Assembly: GCA_965261395.1 (NCBI GenBank)
Contig: OZ253462.1
Coordinates: 5,056,001-5,120,000 of the forward strand
Source: Candidatus Latescibacterota bacterium
Lineage (GTDB): Bacteria > Latescibacterota > UBA2968 > UBA8231
Length of the DNA stretch: 64,000 bases
Direction: 5' to 3'
Below, piece after piece: positions 50,617-59,427 of the stretch (its first letter is position 1; every line of letters begins with the position of its first letter). A model generated the notes under the pieces. That model made no database searches and was not told the origin of the DNA. It worked only from the letters and a program-made list of their open reading frames with translations. Position numbers and translations under genes: made by a program.

Positions 50617-51627
50617 CTACCAGCCCTCTTCGCGGACTTGGATTTTCTTTAGCAGGGGACGCCACCAAGCTTCGTTGTCGCGGTACCAGTGGACCGTATC
50701 GCGGAAGCTCTGAGCAAAATCAACTTGCGGTTCCCAACCCAATTGGATGCGGATTTTGCTTGAATCAAGTAGGTAGCGCCGGTCGTGGCCAGGCCGGTCA
50801 TCGACGTAGGTTTTGTGCGCAGCGTCCATCCCCAAGGCGTCGAGGATCAGGTCGGCGATGGTTTCGATGTCTTTTTCAATGCCGCTGCCAACGTTGTACG
50901 TCTGCCCGATCTCGCCTTTTTTCAGCACTAGGTCTATGGCCCGGCAGTGATCATCAACGTGAAGCCACTCGCGGCGGTTCTGGCTCGATTTGTACAGCGG
51001 CATCTTCTGGCCGGTGAGCAGGCGGACGACGAAGAAGGGGATGACTTTTTCCGGGAATTGATAGGGGCCGAAGTTGTTGGAGCAGTTCGACAGCGTCACG
51101 GGCAAGCCAAAGGTGTGGCCATAAGCGCGCACGGCCAAGTCGGCCGCAGCCTTGGCCGCGTTGTACGGAGTGCGCGGCCGATAGGGCGATTCCTCGCTGA
51201 AGGTCTCGTCCGCGTCGAGGGCCAGATCGCCGTACACTTCGCAGGTGGAAATGTGGTGGAAGCGCGGCACTTGGGCATCGGCCGCGGCCTGCAACAGCTT
51301 TTGCGTCCCCACGACATTGGTCTGGAAAAAGGCCGAGGGATTGACAATGGCCAAGCTGTTGTGCGATTCCGCGGCAAAGTTGACCACGTAGTCGGGGCGG
51401 TGGACCTCGAAGAGATGACGGGTCAGATCGGCATTCTGAATATCGCCGCGGACAAAGGTGTAGCGGTCGCCATAGCTTGCTTCCACGTCCTGCAGGCTGG
51501 CCAAGTTGCCGGCGTAGGTGAGCAGGTCGTAGTTGACAATGCAGTCGTCGGGATAGGTCGATAGCCAGTAGCGAATGAAATTGGAGCCGATGAAGCCAGC
51601 GCCGCCGGTGACGAACAGGGTAGTCAT
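50617..51627 (-). CDS. rfbB: dTDP-glucose 4,6-dehydratase
   Basis: TGGAGFIGSN, LTYAGN, FAAESH, YNAAK, DRPGHDRRY. Confidence 0.93.
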   Translation of the reverse strand: MTTLFVTGGAGFIGSNFIRYWLSTYPDDCIVNYDLLTYAGNLASLQDVEASYGDRYTFVRGDIQNADLTRHLFEVHRPDYVVNFAAESHNSLAIVNPSAFFQTNVVGTQKLLQAAADAQVPRFHHISTCEVYGDLALDADETFSEESPYRPRTPYNAAKAAADLAVRAYGHTFGLPVTLSNCSNNFGPYQFPEKVIPFFVVRLLTGQKMPLYKSSQNRREWLHVDDHCRAIDLVLKKGEIGQTYNVGSGIEKDIETIADLILDALGMDAAHKTYVDDRPGHDRRYLLDSSKIRIQLGWEPQVDFAQSFRDTVHWYRDNEAWWRPLLKKIQVREEGW

Positions 51628-51716
51628 GGATTCTTTTGGTTAGGGATTGGGTACGTGGTCCGTTATTTAATCAATTGTTTAACATTTGGGCAACTCGCAG
51701 CCGGGATTTCAGTAAA

Positions 51717-51758
51717 TACCCTTATTACTACCCTTATTCAAGCATTACTACCCTTATT
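51717..51758. repeat. Short direct repeats spanning the fic stop codon
   Basis: TACCCTTATT at 51717, 51729 and 51749; ATTACTACCCTTATT occurs twice. Confidence 0.85.
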
Positions 51759-52799
51759 CCCGATAAAACGCCAGCGCGCACCCGGGCCTCGACCGCTGCA
51801 AGTTACATCGCCGGATTTCTTTAGCTCCGCCAAGAGGGTGCGAATCCATTCGCGGCCGACGCCGGGGCAATCGCGTTCTAGGTCGCTCAGGCGGAATTCG
51901 CCCGGTTGGGCGCGGATGGCGGCGAGCACCCGCTCAGACTTGGCACCCCGTGGGGCCTTGATCTGACCAGCGCGTTCCTCCAATTCGACGTAAGCACGGC
52001 GGATGATCGCGAAGAGGAAATTGAACCAAGGCGTCAGTTCGTGTTTGCCATCGTGCCAGCGCTGTGAACTGAGCCGGAGGCATTCGTAGTAGGACTCCCG
52101 GGATTCCTCAATGAGGCGTTCCAAGCTGATGTAGCGACCGACCTCATAGCCGTGCTGGTAGAGCGCCAACAGGGTGAGCAGCCGAGACACGCGGCCGTTG
52201 CCGTCCCGGAAAGGATGGATGCAAAGGAAATCCAAGACGAGGGCGGCGATGGCGATGAGCGGCGGGATATTCTCCTGGTCGAGGGCGTACTGGTAATGCT
52301 GGCAGAGTTCTTCTACAGCCGCCGGGGCCTCCGCGGCCTTCACGCAGCGGAACCGGACCACCGGGGCCTGTCCGGGCAGGAATTCCACGATGTCGTTATC
52401 AACTCGTTTTAATTGGCCCGCGTCGCCGCTGGCGGATTGGCAAAGGGCATGTAGGCGTTGCAAGGTATCTGGCGTGATAGAAAGCGCGGCGTAGTCGGAG
52501 TGAATCTCGTTCAAGGCGCGGCGATAGTCCTGAATCTCCTGCTCGGAGCGGTCACGGGGTTTCGCTTGGCCGAGCACCAGCGGGTAAAGGCGAGCCGGGG
52601 CGACCGTCACCCCCTCAATGCGGTTGGAGGACTCAGCGCTTTGAACGACAGCCGTGTCGCGGAGCGCTTTGAGGGCTTGCGGCGACTGGCGTGTGAATAG
52701 CTCCTGTTTGCCCCTCGACTCGGCGATATCGTTGAGCAGCCACACTGTGCTCAGAGGCGTTTCATGGTCGCGTAGGCGGTTGTTGCGGAAAGAATTCAT
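51738..52799 (-). CDS. Fic family protein with C-terminal winged HTH
   Basis: Intact HPFRDGNGRVSR motif; N-terminal autoinhibitory SNRIEG. Confidence 0.93.
   Translation of the reverse strand: MNSFRNNRLRDHETPLSTVWLLNDIAESRGKQELFTRQSPQALKALRDTAVVQSAESSNRIEGVTVAPARLYPLVLGQAKPRDRSEQEIQDYRRALNEIHSDYAALSITPDTLQRLHALCQSASGDAGQLKRVDNDIVEFLPGQAPVVRFRCVKAAEAPAAVEELCQHYQYALDQENIPPLIAIAALVLDFLCIHPFRDGNGRVSRLLTLLALYQHGYEVGRYISLERLIEESRESYYECLRLSSQRWHDGKHELTPWFNFLFAIIRRAYVELEERAGQIKAPRGAKSERVLAAIRAQPGEFRLSDLERDCPGVGREWIRTLLAELKKSGDVTCSGRGPGARWRFIGNKGSNA
52443..52578. repeat. 136-bp direct repeat, copy 1 (inside fic)
   Basis: Matches 56701-56836 at 130 of 136 positions. Confidence 0.92.
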
Positions 52800-52869
52800 G
52801 GTTTGAGAAGATTTTAGTCTGGAGGGGATTCAGCAATCTGCACATAGCTATAAAAGAAGATGCAATACC

Positions 52870-54855
52870 TTACTGGCTCTCAGTATCAATGTCTTTGATG
52901 AGCTGATAAACGCGACCTGCTTCTTTATTCTTCTCCAGAAATGCCTGATAAGTCCGATAGGCGTCTTCAATAAGTTCACCATACAGAACAACCCGTACAT
53001 TTTTGGCTGCCAGCGATCTCTTGGATTCCTCCTCCTGCTCGGAAGTTTCCCACTGCTTGAGTCGCTCGCCTACGATGCAGATAACTTCAATCGGTTCGTT
53101 CTTTCCTGTTTCCTGAATCAGCTTTCTCAGTGCATTTCTGTATTTATCGACCTGTCCCTGCAGTTCAAAGTCCTCTAGTTTCCTCCTAGCGCGTTTGAGC
53201 TCGATTATAACGTGTTTCCCCGATGTCATTTTGTATTTGATGTCAAATCTCCCCCTCTGCTCTTCTTCGGTCAATTTTGCATCGAGTTTATTGAATTCGA
53301 TTTTGACATTTTGCTCCATCAACGGTGTTTCAGTCGCCCTATCCCATGAAGGGTCAAGCAACCAAAGGTGTTTGTAGAGATGTTCTTGAACTACCTTTTC
53401 AAGGACATTGTCCTTATTCTGCTCACGTAAGGCATCAATTACCTGTAGCCGCTCTCGAACAATCTGGTAATAGAGCGAAGCTTCAATATCATCCAGATCT
53501 GCGAAAACTTTAGCAAACTCTTGGATATTTTCGGGAGATACGTTATCAAGGGCAGAGAGATAATCCTTGTATCTAAGCTTTTCAAACGCTAACACGCTAT
53601 GCCGGTAGAGTTCTGTTCGCTCATTTTCTTCTAGAGTGAGTTGACCGATTTTCCCCAACATTGATTTCGCCTGTTTCTGCTTGTCTTTGCCCAATCCCTT
53701 CACCCATTCGTCAATCGCAGGAATCTGTCTAGCTTCTTTTTCTCCTTCCTGGGTACGCAGATCTGTCCACTGATTCTTGATATTTCTCAGTTCGTCTTTA
53801 ACCCAGTTCCTAAGTGCCTGGTATCTTGGATCGTCTTTGATGATTTCTTGTCGGTTGCTGGTCGCAATATCTTCTTGGCCATCAAGGTCCAAAAAATCAG
53901 CGTGGATTTCGCCGATAAGGTACTTTGTGTACAGTCCACCTTCGGGAAAGTCTTCAAGGATGTCTTCCTGAGCAAGTTTTCCGCGAACCATGATGACGAT
54001 CTTGTTGAGGTTGTCTTCACCGTCTTTGAGGTCGCCCGATCCAACGGCAGTGCCAATCCAACCTGTTACCTGATAGCCAACCGCTCCAATATCTCCTTCA
54101 CTTTCTACTTCAATTTTTCCCTCCCTTTCTTCTTCGTGTTCGAGCTTTTCCGAATTACAGAATGCAGTATACCTCTCACCTTCTCTGCCGTAATACCATA
54201 AATGCTGGAGCTTGTGGAAGTAATCACGGTCTGTGATTTCAACAGGGTTTTCATTGATGCGAACCGTGAAATTATATTCAGTTCCGATGATGCTGAATCT
54301 CCTTGCCAGTCGCTTCCTCAGGGCGGCGGGTGCTTGGGAAACCCGCTTTTTTAGTTCCGTGAGAACAATCCGCGTTCCATCTTTATCAAGGGTAAATTTG
54401 TCGTCTGGCAGAGGATCAGGGTAGTAGGTACTACCATCCTGCTTACTAATTTGGTCTTCAATCTCCTGCGCTGACATCACAAAACCGTTCTTTTTTCCGT
54501 CTTTGACCGTCTGAATCTCAGCAATGCCAGCAATCGAAAAGAGCGATAGCTTGCCGATGCCCTTGCGTCCCATGACAGGTCGCTCGTACCTAGGCGTTTG
54601 CTTGGCCTCTCTTTTTCTTCTCTCATAACCGACAGTGAGATACTTTTCGTTTATATCTGCCTCGGTCATACCGTGTCCATCGTCGGTAATTATGATTTGG
54701 TCGGATTTAATTTCTATGTCCACGTTTTCAGCATCAGCATCCCAAGAATTAGCGACCACTTCTGACAGAACGGCTGGGACATTACTGTAGAGCTTGAGAC
54801 CGAGATGATTGAGGACATTGAGGTCAATGCTCATCTGATATTTGGGATCAGGCAC
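52870..54855 (-). CDS. GHKL(MORC)-ATPase + PD-(D/E)xK restriction endonuclease, HgiDII/BbrUII-like
   Basis: EVVANSWDADA, DDGHGM, GRKGIGK (GHKL motifs); C-terminal RFDI...IIELKR; overlaps a C5 methyltransferase gene; lower GC than the core genes. Confidence 0.8.
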   Translation of the reverse strand: MPDPKYQMSIDLNVLNHLGLKLYSNVPAVLSEVVANSWDADAENVDIEIKSDQIIITDDGHGMTEADINEKYLTVGYERRKREAKQTPRYERPVMGRKGIGKLSLFSIAGIAEIQTVKDGKKNGFVMSAQEIEDQISKQDGSTYYPDPLPDDKFTLDKDGTRIVLTELKKRVSQAPAALRKRLARRFSIIGTEYNFTVRINENPVEITDRDYFHKLQHLWYYGREGERYTAFCNSEKLEHEEEREGKIEVESEGDIGAVGYQVTGWIGTAVGSGDLKDGEDNLNKIVIMVRGKLAQEDILEDFPEGGLYTKYLIGEIHADFLDLDGQEDIATSNRQEIIKDDPRYQALRNWVKDELRNIKNQWTDLRTQEGEKEARQIPAIDEWVKGLGKDKQKQAKSMLGKIGQLTLEENERTELYRHSVLAFEKLRYKDYLSALDNVSPENIQEFAKVFADLDDIEASLYYQIVRERLQVIDALREQNKDNVLEKVVQEHLYKHLWLLDPSWDRATETPLMEQNVKIEFNKLDAKLTEEEQRGRFDIKYKMTSGKHVIIELKRARRKLEDFELQGQVDKYRNALRKLIQETGKNEPIEVICIVGERLKQWETSEQEEESKRSLAAKNVRVVLYGELIEDAYRTYQAFLEKNKEAGRVYQLIKDIDTESQ

Positions 54856-55951
54856 GGCAAATCTCCTCCAGATGCGTTTGAATGCTTTGGCCGATAACGG
54901 CTGCGAGTTGGACAGGTACGGCGTTTCCGACGTGAATTCCTAAGCGCACGAATGAGATCGGGAGATTCGGATCTACAAAGTCGTACTCTTTCGGAAATGT
55001 TTGTAGAAGTGCCCCCTCGCGGAGCGAAAGTGCCCGATCTTGTTCTGGGTGTCCGAAGCGTCCAGTGCCGAAGTTGTAAAATTGAGTCGTGATGGTCGGT
55101 GCGGGTTCATTCCACTCCATACGTGCATAAACCGACTTGTACGTCTGGCCTGACTTTTTTTTGTGGCATGGGGCACGTAGGGCAACATCCCAATCTAACC
55201 AAGTGCCGCCCGGAGTTGACTGTTTCATCCGTTCCTTATTAAGAGAAGAAAGTTTCCGCGACCTATGCAGCGGGTCTTCGTCAGATATTTGACCATCGGC
55301 GATTGCAGGAAGGTCTCCAATAGTAGCCTGTACTGTTGGGAGAGGATTCAACTCTGCCTGTGGGGAACATGCATGCGTTTGGGGTAGCAGAGAGACTTCC
55401 CCGAAGAGAGAGGCCATGAGAACGAGGCGGCGACGCTTTTGCGGAATGCCATAGTTGGGGCAGTATATCGACTTTTGATAGACGTAATATCCAAGAGAGT
55501 CGAGTTTCTCGACAAAGTCTGTAAAGACCTGCTGATTTCTGAGTGGCGTGACGTTCTCTATGGCGATCATTTCAGGCTTAACTCCCTCGGCTAGCCTCCC
55601 GAAGTGGGCGAGTAATCCCCACCGTTCGTCTTTGTCTCTATCTCTGTTTTTTCGCGTATGAGACGAAAACGGCTGACAGGGGGCGCACCCGACGAGCAGT
55701 CTGATAGCACCTTGTGGGTACAGGGCGGCAAGCTCGGCATTGGTGACAGAGCGAATATCTTTTTCAATAAATTGCGTCTGATTATTCTTCTCGTAGGTGT
55801 ACCTGCATGTCTTGTCAATATCAATCCCCGCGCTCACGTTTATATTGGCCTGCTGGAGACCGTGCGTCATGCCGCCAATGCCGCAGAACAGATCAACGGC
55901 GGATATAGGCACTTGGGTTATCTCTTTTGATAATATGTTCATGGCGATCAC
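54848..55951 (-). CDS. DNA (cytosine-5) methyltransferase, M.HgiDII-like
   Basis: DLFCGIGG, GCAPCQPFS, IENV, PQKRRR, GRFGHP, GNAVP. Confidence 0.92.
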   Translation of the reverse strand: MIAMNILSKEITQVPISAVDLFCGIGGMTHGLQQANINVSAGIDIDKTCRYTYEKNNQTQFIEKDIRSVTNAELAALYPQGAIRLLVGCAPCQPFSSHTRKNRDRDKDERWGLLAHFGRLAEGVKPEMIAIENVTPLRNQQVFTDFVEKLDSLGYYVYQKSIYCPNYGIPQKRRRLVLMASLFGEVSLLPQTHACSPQAELNPLPTVQATIGDLPAIADGQISDEDPLHRSRKLSSLNKERMKQSTPGGTWLDWDVALRAPCHKKKSGQTYKSVYARMEWNEPAPTITTQFYNFGTGRFGHPEQDRALSLREGALLQTFPKEYDFVDPNLPISFVRLGIHVGNAVPVQLAAVIGQSIQTHLEEICRA

Positions 55952-55962
55952 CGTTTGAACTG

Positions 55963-56358
55963 CTAGAGTTTGATATCCTCAAATCGGTCAAAGTCTTTAT
56001 CAAATGTTGCCACATGGTCGCCGGATGCCGCAGCTAGGGCAGCCAAGTAGCAATCCAGAAAATCGCATTTTGTCGTCGCAAAGCGATACAAAGCATCGAG
56101 CATTTCATCTTGCTTCATACAGCGCACACCGGCACTAATGATGACCTTACGCAGCCATTCTGCAATCTGTTCGCGCTCGGTCTGGTAGAAGGAATTGAGC
56201 ACCCACACCGCTTCGGCAACAGCCACTTCGGTTAATATCAGCACACATTTTCCATCGCAAGCGTCCGAAAATAGTGCCCGAGCAGCCGGGGAGTGCTGAG
56301 CATCGTCGCCGCGCAGAAAACGAAGGAGGACGTTGGCGTCTAAAAGATACTTGATCAT
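55963..56358 (-). CDS. vapC: PIN-domain toxin (VapC-like)
   Basis: LLDANVLLR, VAEAVWVL, DFLDCY, ATFDKDF acidic tetrad. Confidence 0.88.
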   Translation of the reverse strand: MIKYLLDANVLLRFLRGDDAQHSPAARALFSDACDGKCVLILTEVAVAEAVWVLNSFYQTEREQIAEWLRKVIISAGVRCMKQDEMLDALYRFATTKCDFLDCYLAALAAASGDHVATFDKDFDRFEDIKL

Positions 56359-56597
56359 TCGTATCTTGCCGCTCTTGCTTTGCGTGCTGCCTCTCGTTCC
56401 TCGGATTTGGACGCAGAGGGCTTGTCGTCTGCAAGACAGCCATATAGATCCTTGAGCGTTTCGGGCTGGGGCTTCACCAAAACGGCACCGTCAGTCAACT
56501 CATAGATGAGCTGCTGCCGAGGCTTGAGGTGGAGTGCCTTGCGGACTTCGGCCGGGATGGTGGTTTGCCATTTATCGGTTAGAGTTGACTTGATCAC
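56355..56597 (-). CDS. vapB: AbrB/MazE/SpoVT-type antitoxin (VapB-like)
   Basis: STLTDKWQTTIPAEVRKALHL; ATGA overlap with the PIN gene; SD AGGAGA. Confidence 0.88.
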   Translation of the reverse strand: MIKSTLTDKWQTTIPAEVRKALHLKPRQQLIYELTDGAVLVKPQPETLKDLYGCLADDKPSASKSEEREAARKARAARYE

Positions 56598-56630
56598 GGG
56601 TCCATCTCCTTTTCATTGTTTTTATGAATC

Positions 56631-56652
56631 CATTGTATTAAATATAACAATG
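56631..56652. promoter_or_regulatory. Candidate VapBC autoregulatory operator
   Basis: CATTGT-N10-ACAATG inverted repeat in the AT-rich region upstream of vapB. Confidence 0.5.
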
Positions 56653-56700
56653 CAAATCCAGTCCGCAAGCATCGGGTCCCAGCGGCGTCAATCAAGCAAT

Positions 56701-56836
56701 AAGGGCATGTAGGCGTTGCAAGGTGTCCGGCGTGATAGAAAGAGCGGCGTAGTCGGAGTGAATCTCGTTCAAGGCGCGGTGATAGTCCTGAACCTCTTGC
56801 TCGGAGCGGTCACGGGGTTTCGCTTGGCCGAGCACC
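56701..56836 (-). pseudogene. Internal fic fragment (direct repeat copy 2)
   Basis: Encodes VLGQAKPRDRSEQEVQDYHRALNEIHSDYAALSITPDTLQRLHAL; no start codon and no Fic motif. Confidence 0.9.
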
Positions 56837-56877
56837 TAAGGCGTTCATCATTTTCCCCGTATCACCGTTCGGGCAGA

Positions 56878-57900
56878 TCACGGATCCCCGAGATTGATTC
56901 TCTGTATGATCTTCTTTGCCAAATCCCTAAAATCCCGGTGTGCGTCTTTTGCCGCGGCGGCATGGCTGCCAATGGCACCATCGGCCGTGGTGAGGTGAAA
57001 AATGGGCTTGCGTGCTTCCTGAGCCATCGGCACCAAGCTCCGGTAGTGCTTGACGGTGGCAAGGGCGTGTTCCTCATCCTGTGTCGGTGTCTCGGGGTAC
57101 GGTCCTTCGTTATCATCGCACAGGTTGCGGGCGTATTCTTCCGGCATTCTATTGACCCATTTGTCATACGCCCTGACGGGGCGGTTCAGACGGACGCCGT
57201 GCTGTTGCACTACATAGCCGACGGGTTGCATGGCCCCATCCGGCAGTGGAAAGTCCGGTTGCGCCCAGTGGTCCCTTCGCCGCTGCCAGTCTTGTCGCCA
57301 CCGATTCAGCGTCGGGCCGAGATTGCGCAGACCTTGGAGCGAAAACAGGTCAGCACCCAGCGGAACGACGATGTAATCGGTGGCAATCAGCGCGGAACGA
57401 TTAATCGCACCAAGATTGGGGCCGACGGCGGCTAGGATGACCGAGGCGTCCATCTGTGCGGCTCCAGACTGCATGACGGTCGAGAAGGAAGTCAAAATGC
57501 GGAAGGGGCGGTATAGCTCGCTAGAACCCAATGCGTTAGGCCATTCTGATGACAGAGTATCTTCAAATCCGGCCAGCGCCAAGTCTCCCGGAATCAGGCA
57601 CAGCCTAGATATAAGCGTAGATGTAATTTCAGCGAGCGTCGGGTCTTTGATATCGCCAACTTTCGTCAGAGGTCGGACGCATTGCAGTATGGTCTTAGCG
57701 GATGCCTCGTTGTCTTCATCCCACAGCATTTCCAACTGATCTTCATTTAGAAATGCAGCGGTGAGATTCGCCTGTGGATCGAGATCGCAGGCCAGCACCC
57801 GATAACCACTGTCGGACAGCATCCACGCCAGATGATAGACAAGCGAGGTCTTGCCGACCCCCCCCTTGTTATTGAAGAAAGTCAAAACGGGAACGGTCAT
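56878..57900 (-). CDS. ParA/Soj-like ATPase (defence-island type)
   Basis: NNKGGVGKT, DLDPQANLT, GPNLGAINR; no parB or parS nearby; the Walker B position reads VILAAVGP. Confidence 0.88.
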   Translation of the reverse strand: MTVPVLTFFNNKGGVGKTSLVYHLAWMLSDSGYRVLACDLDPQANLTAAFLNEDQLEMLWDEDNEASAKTILQCVRPLTKVGDIKDPTLAEITSTLISRLCLIPGDLALAGFEDTLSSEWPNALGSSELYRPFRILTSFSTVMQSGAAQMDASVILAAVGPNLGAINRSALIATDYIVVPLGADLFSLQGLRNLGPTLNRWRQDWQRRRDHWAQPDFPLPDGAMQPVGYVVQQHGVRLNRPVRAYDKWVNRMPEEYARNLCDDNEGPYPETPTQDEEHALATVKHYRSLVPMAQEARKPIFHLTTADGAIGSHAAAAKDAHRDFRDLAKKIIQRINLGDP

Positions 57901-57907
57901 TGTTATG

Positions 57908-59120
57908 CTATGCTCCCCTGGCCTTTACTGTTACCCGCGCAAAATTATTGGAAATATCAAATTCAGGTTCCGGATGTCCCGCCTCCGCCAATTGATTCTT
58001 AGCTATCGGTATTCCTACTCCAAAACGCTGGACAAATCCGAGTGTCCTCATCGCGTCCGCAAGATTTGGATTGCGATAATCAACCAACCCCGGCTCTCCA
58101 AAGCTCTCGATTGTCACTGCCCCAAATGCGCCGCCGGGACTCAAAATCTCAATGCGGTCATTGAACCAATAGACATGAACGGGTGCGTTGGTCGCCTCGT
58201 AAGTCCTGTGCATCACTGCATTGCGAGTGATCTGGTGCAATGCTTCCATGGGGTACAACTCTGTTCGTTGTTCAATGTAGCTCTTTGTAATATCCACAGC
58301 GACGCGATTGTGGGCCGTCAGTTTTTCTTCGAGCTGGTGCAGGAGTTCCGGGATGGCACCGCGTATCTCTTGGGCATCGATTATCTCATCGGCGTATCCG
58401 TTGCCATCGATTCTGAGGAATTGCACATAAGCACCTGGCAGAAAATCCTGCGGGTTTTTGCCGATCGCGAGTATGCCCAGCACGGTCGCGGTGGGTTGGT
58501 CGGCGGCGACGATCATTTTTGTCGCTGCCAGTTGCTCATTCAGGCTGCGGTCGTTTGCTGCTAGCACCTCATCCGAAAATGCTGCGGTTAAGTATTCGTT
58601 CTCAAACTGGGTCAGATTGAGGTCGGACAAGCCGGCGGTCGGGATCGGTTGAAGGTCAAAAGGGCGGTCTCCGTATCGCCTCTTTTCGTTGAGAATCCTT
58701 TCGTCCTGGGATGTGGCGGTACCACGGCGAGGGCCGGTACGGAACATGGATGGCACCCTTGAAGCGAACCGGAGGCGAGTTAGAAGGTTGCACTATGATC
58801 ACCGCAACTTCCTTGCCTTGCAGCCTACGCTTCTCCACCGTCAGCGAGGGTGGAGGTACAATATTGCCATCGGTTTTCATATCTGCCAATTGCTCAAGTA
58901 ACCGATCTGTGACCGCTATAGTACCTATCGTTCCATCGTCCTTCACACCGACGAAGACGAGGCCGGGTTCTTCGTGCCCAGCCAAATCATTGGCAAAAGC
59001 GCAGATAGTTTCCCTGATTCTAGTGGCGGCGTCGCCAGCCAAAGACTCCTTGAACTCGACGCGGGCAGTTTCGCCGGCTGCGATGATTTGCAGCAACTCT
59101 TGTTCTGTAAAATCTGGCAT
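57908..59120 (-). pseudogene. Schlafen/AlbA_2 + HATPase_c_4 protein with a 1-nt frameshift near 58741
   Basis: The 5' ORF has GETARVEFK and CAFAND..FVGVKDDG; the 3' ORF has RNAVMHRTYE, RNPNLAD, RFGVG. Removing one C from CAT GTT C CGT ACC gives the continuous HVRTGPRRG. Confidence 0.82.
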
Positions 59121-59365
59121 TGGATTGCTCCGCTCATGTTGACTTGGTATCAGCCTGTGCGTTCAAGCACAACGAGCCAAGTTACCAACTCAAATGTTCG
59201 GCTTGTCGGATTGCACAGGTAGCCTAAAATCGCGCTGACCATGAATGCCCAGTTGCTGGATCGGCATAGCTCTGTCCGCTCCGCCGATGTGGGCCATGAC
59301 CTCATTCAACAGGATGAGTTCGTATTCCGCCATGTCGCATAGGAAAAGAGGCGAACAGACTTTCA

Positions 59366-59390
59366 ATTACTTAGTGATTACTTAGTGATT
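59366..59390. repeat. 11-bp tandem repeat at the island/mqnP boundary
   Basis: ATTACTTAGTG ATTACTTAGTG ATT. Confidence 0.8.
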
Positions 59391-59427
59391 GTCTAGCACC
59401 TGAGCAACCCGCAGCCAGATTCTCCCG

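Noticed and set aside
56716-57435. 239-aa plus-strand ORF
   Set aside because: Antisense shadow of parA and the fic fragment; its similarity to ORF 52458-52700 only reflects the direct repeat.
56878-57900. Plasmid or prophage partition system
   Set aside because: No parB, parS, rep or phage genes, and the flanks are chromosomal housekeeping genes.
58735-58750. Programmed frameshift or phase-variable tract at the Schlafen break
   Set aside because: The context CATGTTCCGT has no homopolymer or slippery heptamer; a point insertion or sequencing error is simpler.
59190-59333. 47-aa minus-strand ORF MAEYELILLNEV... upstream of the Schlafen gene
   Set aside because: Short, with no recognisable family or convincing SD; may be a remnant but cannot be supported.
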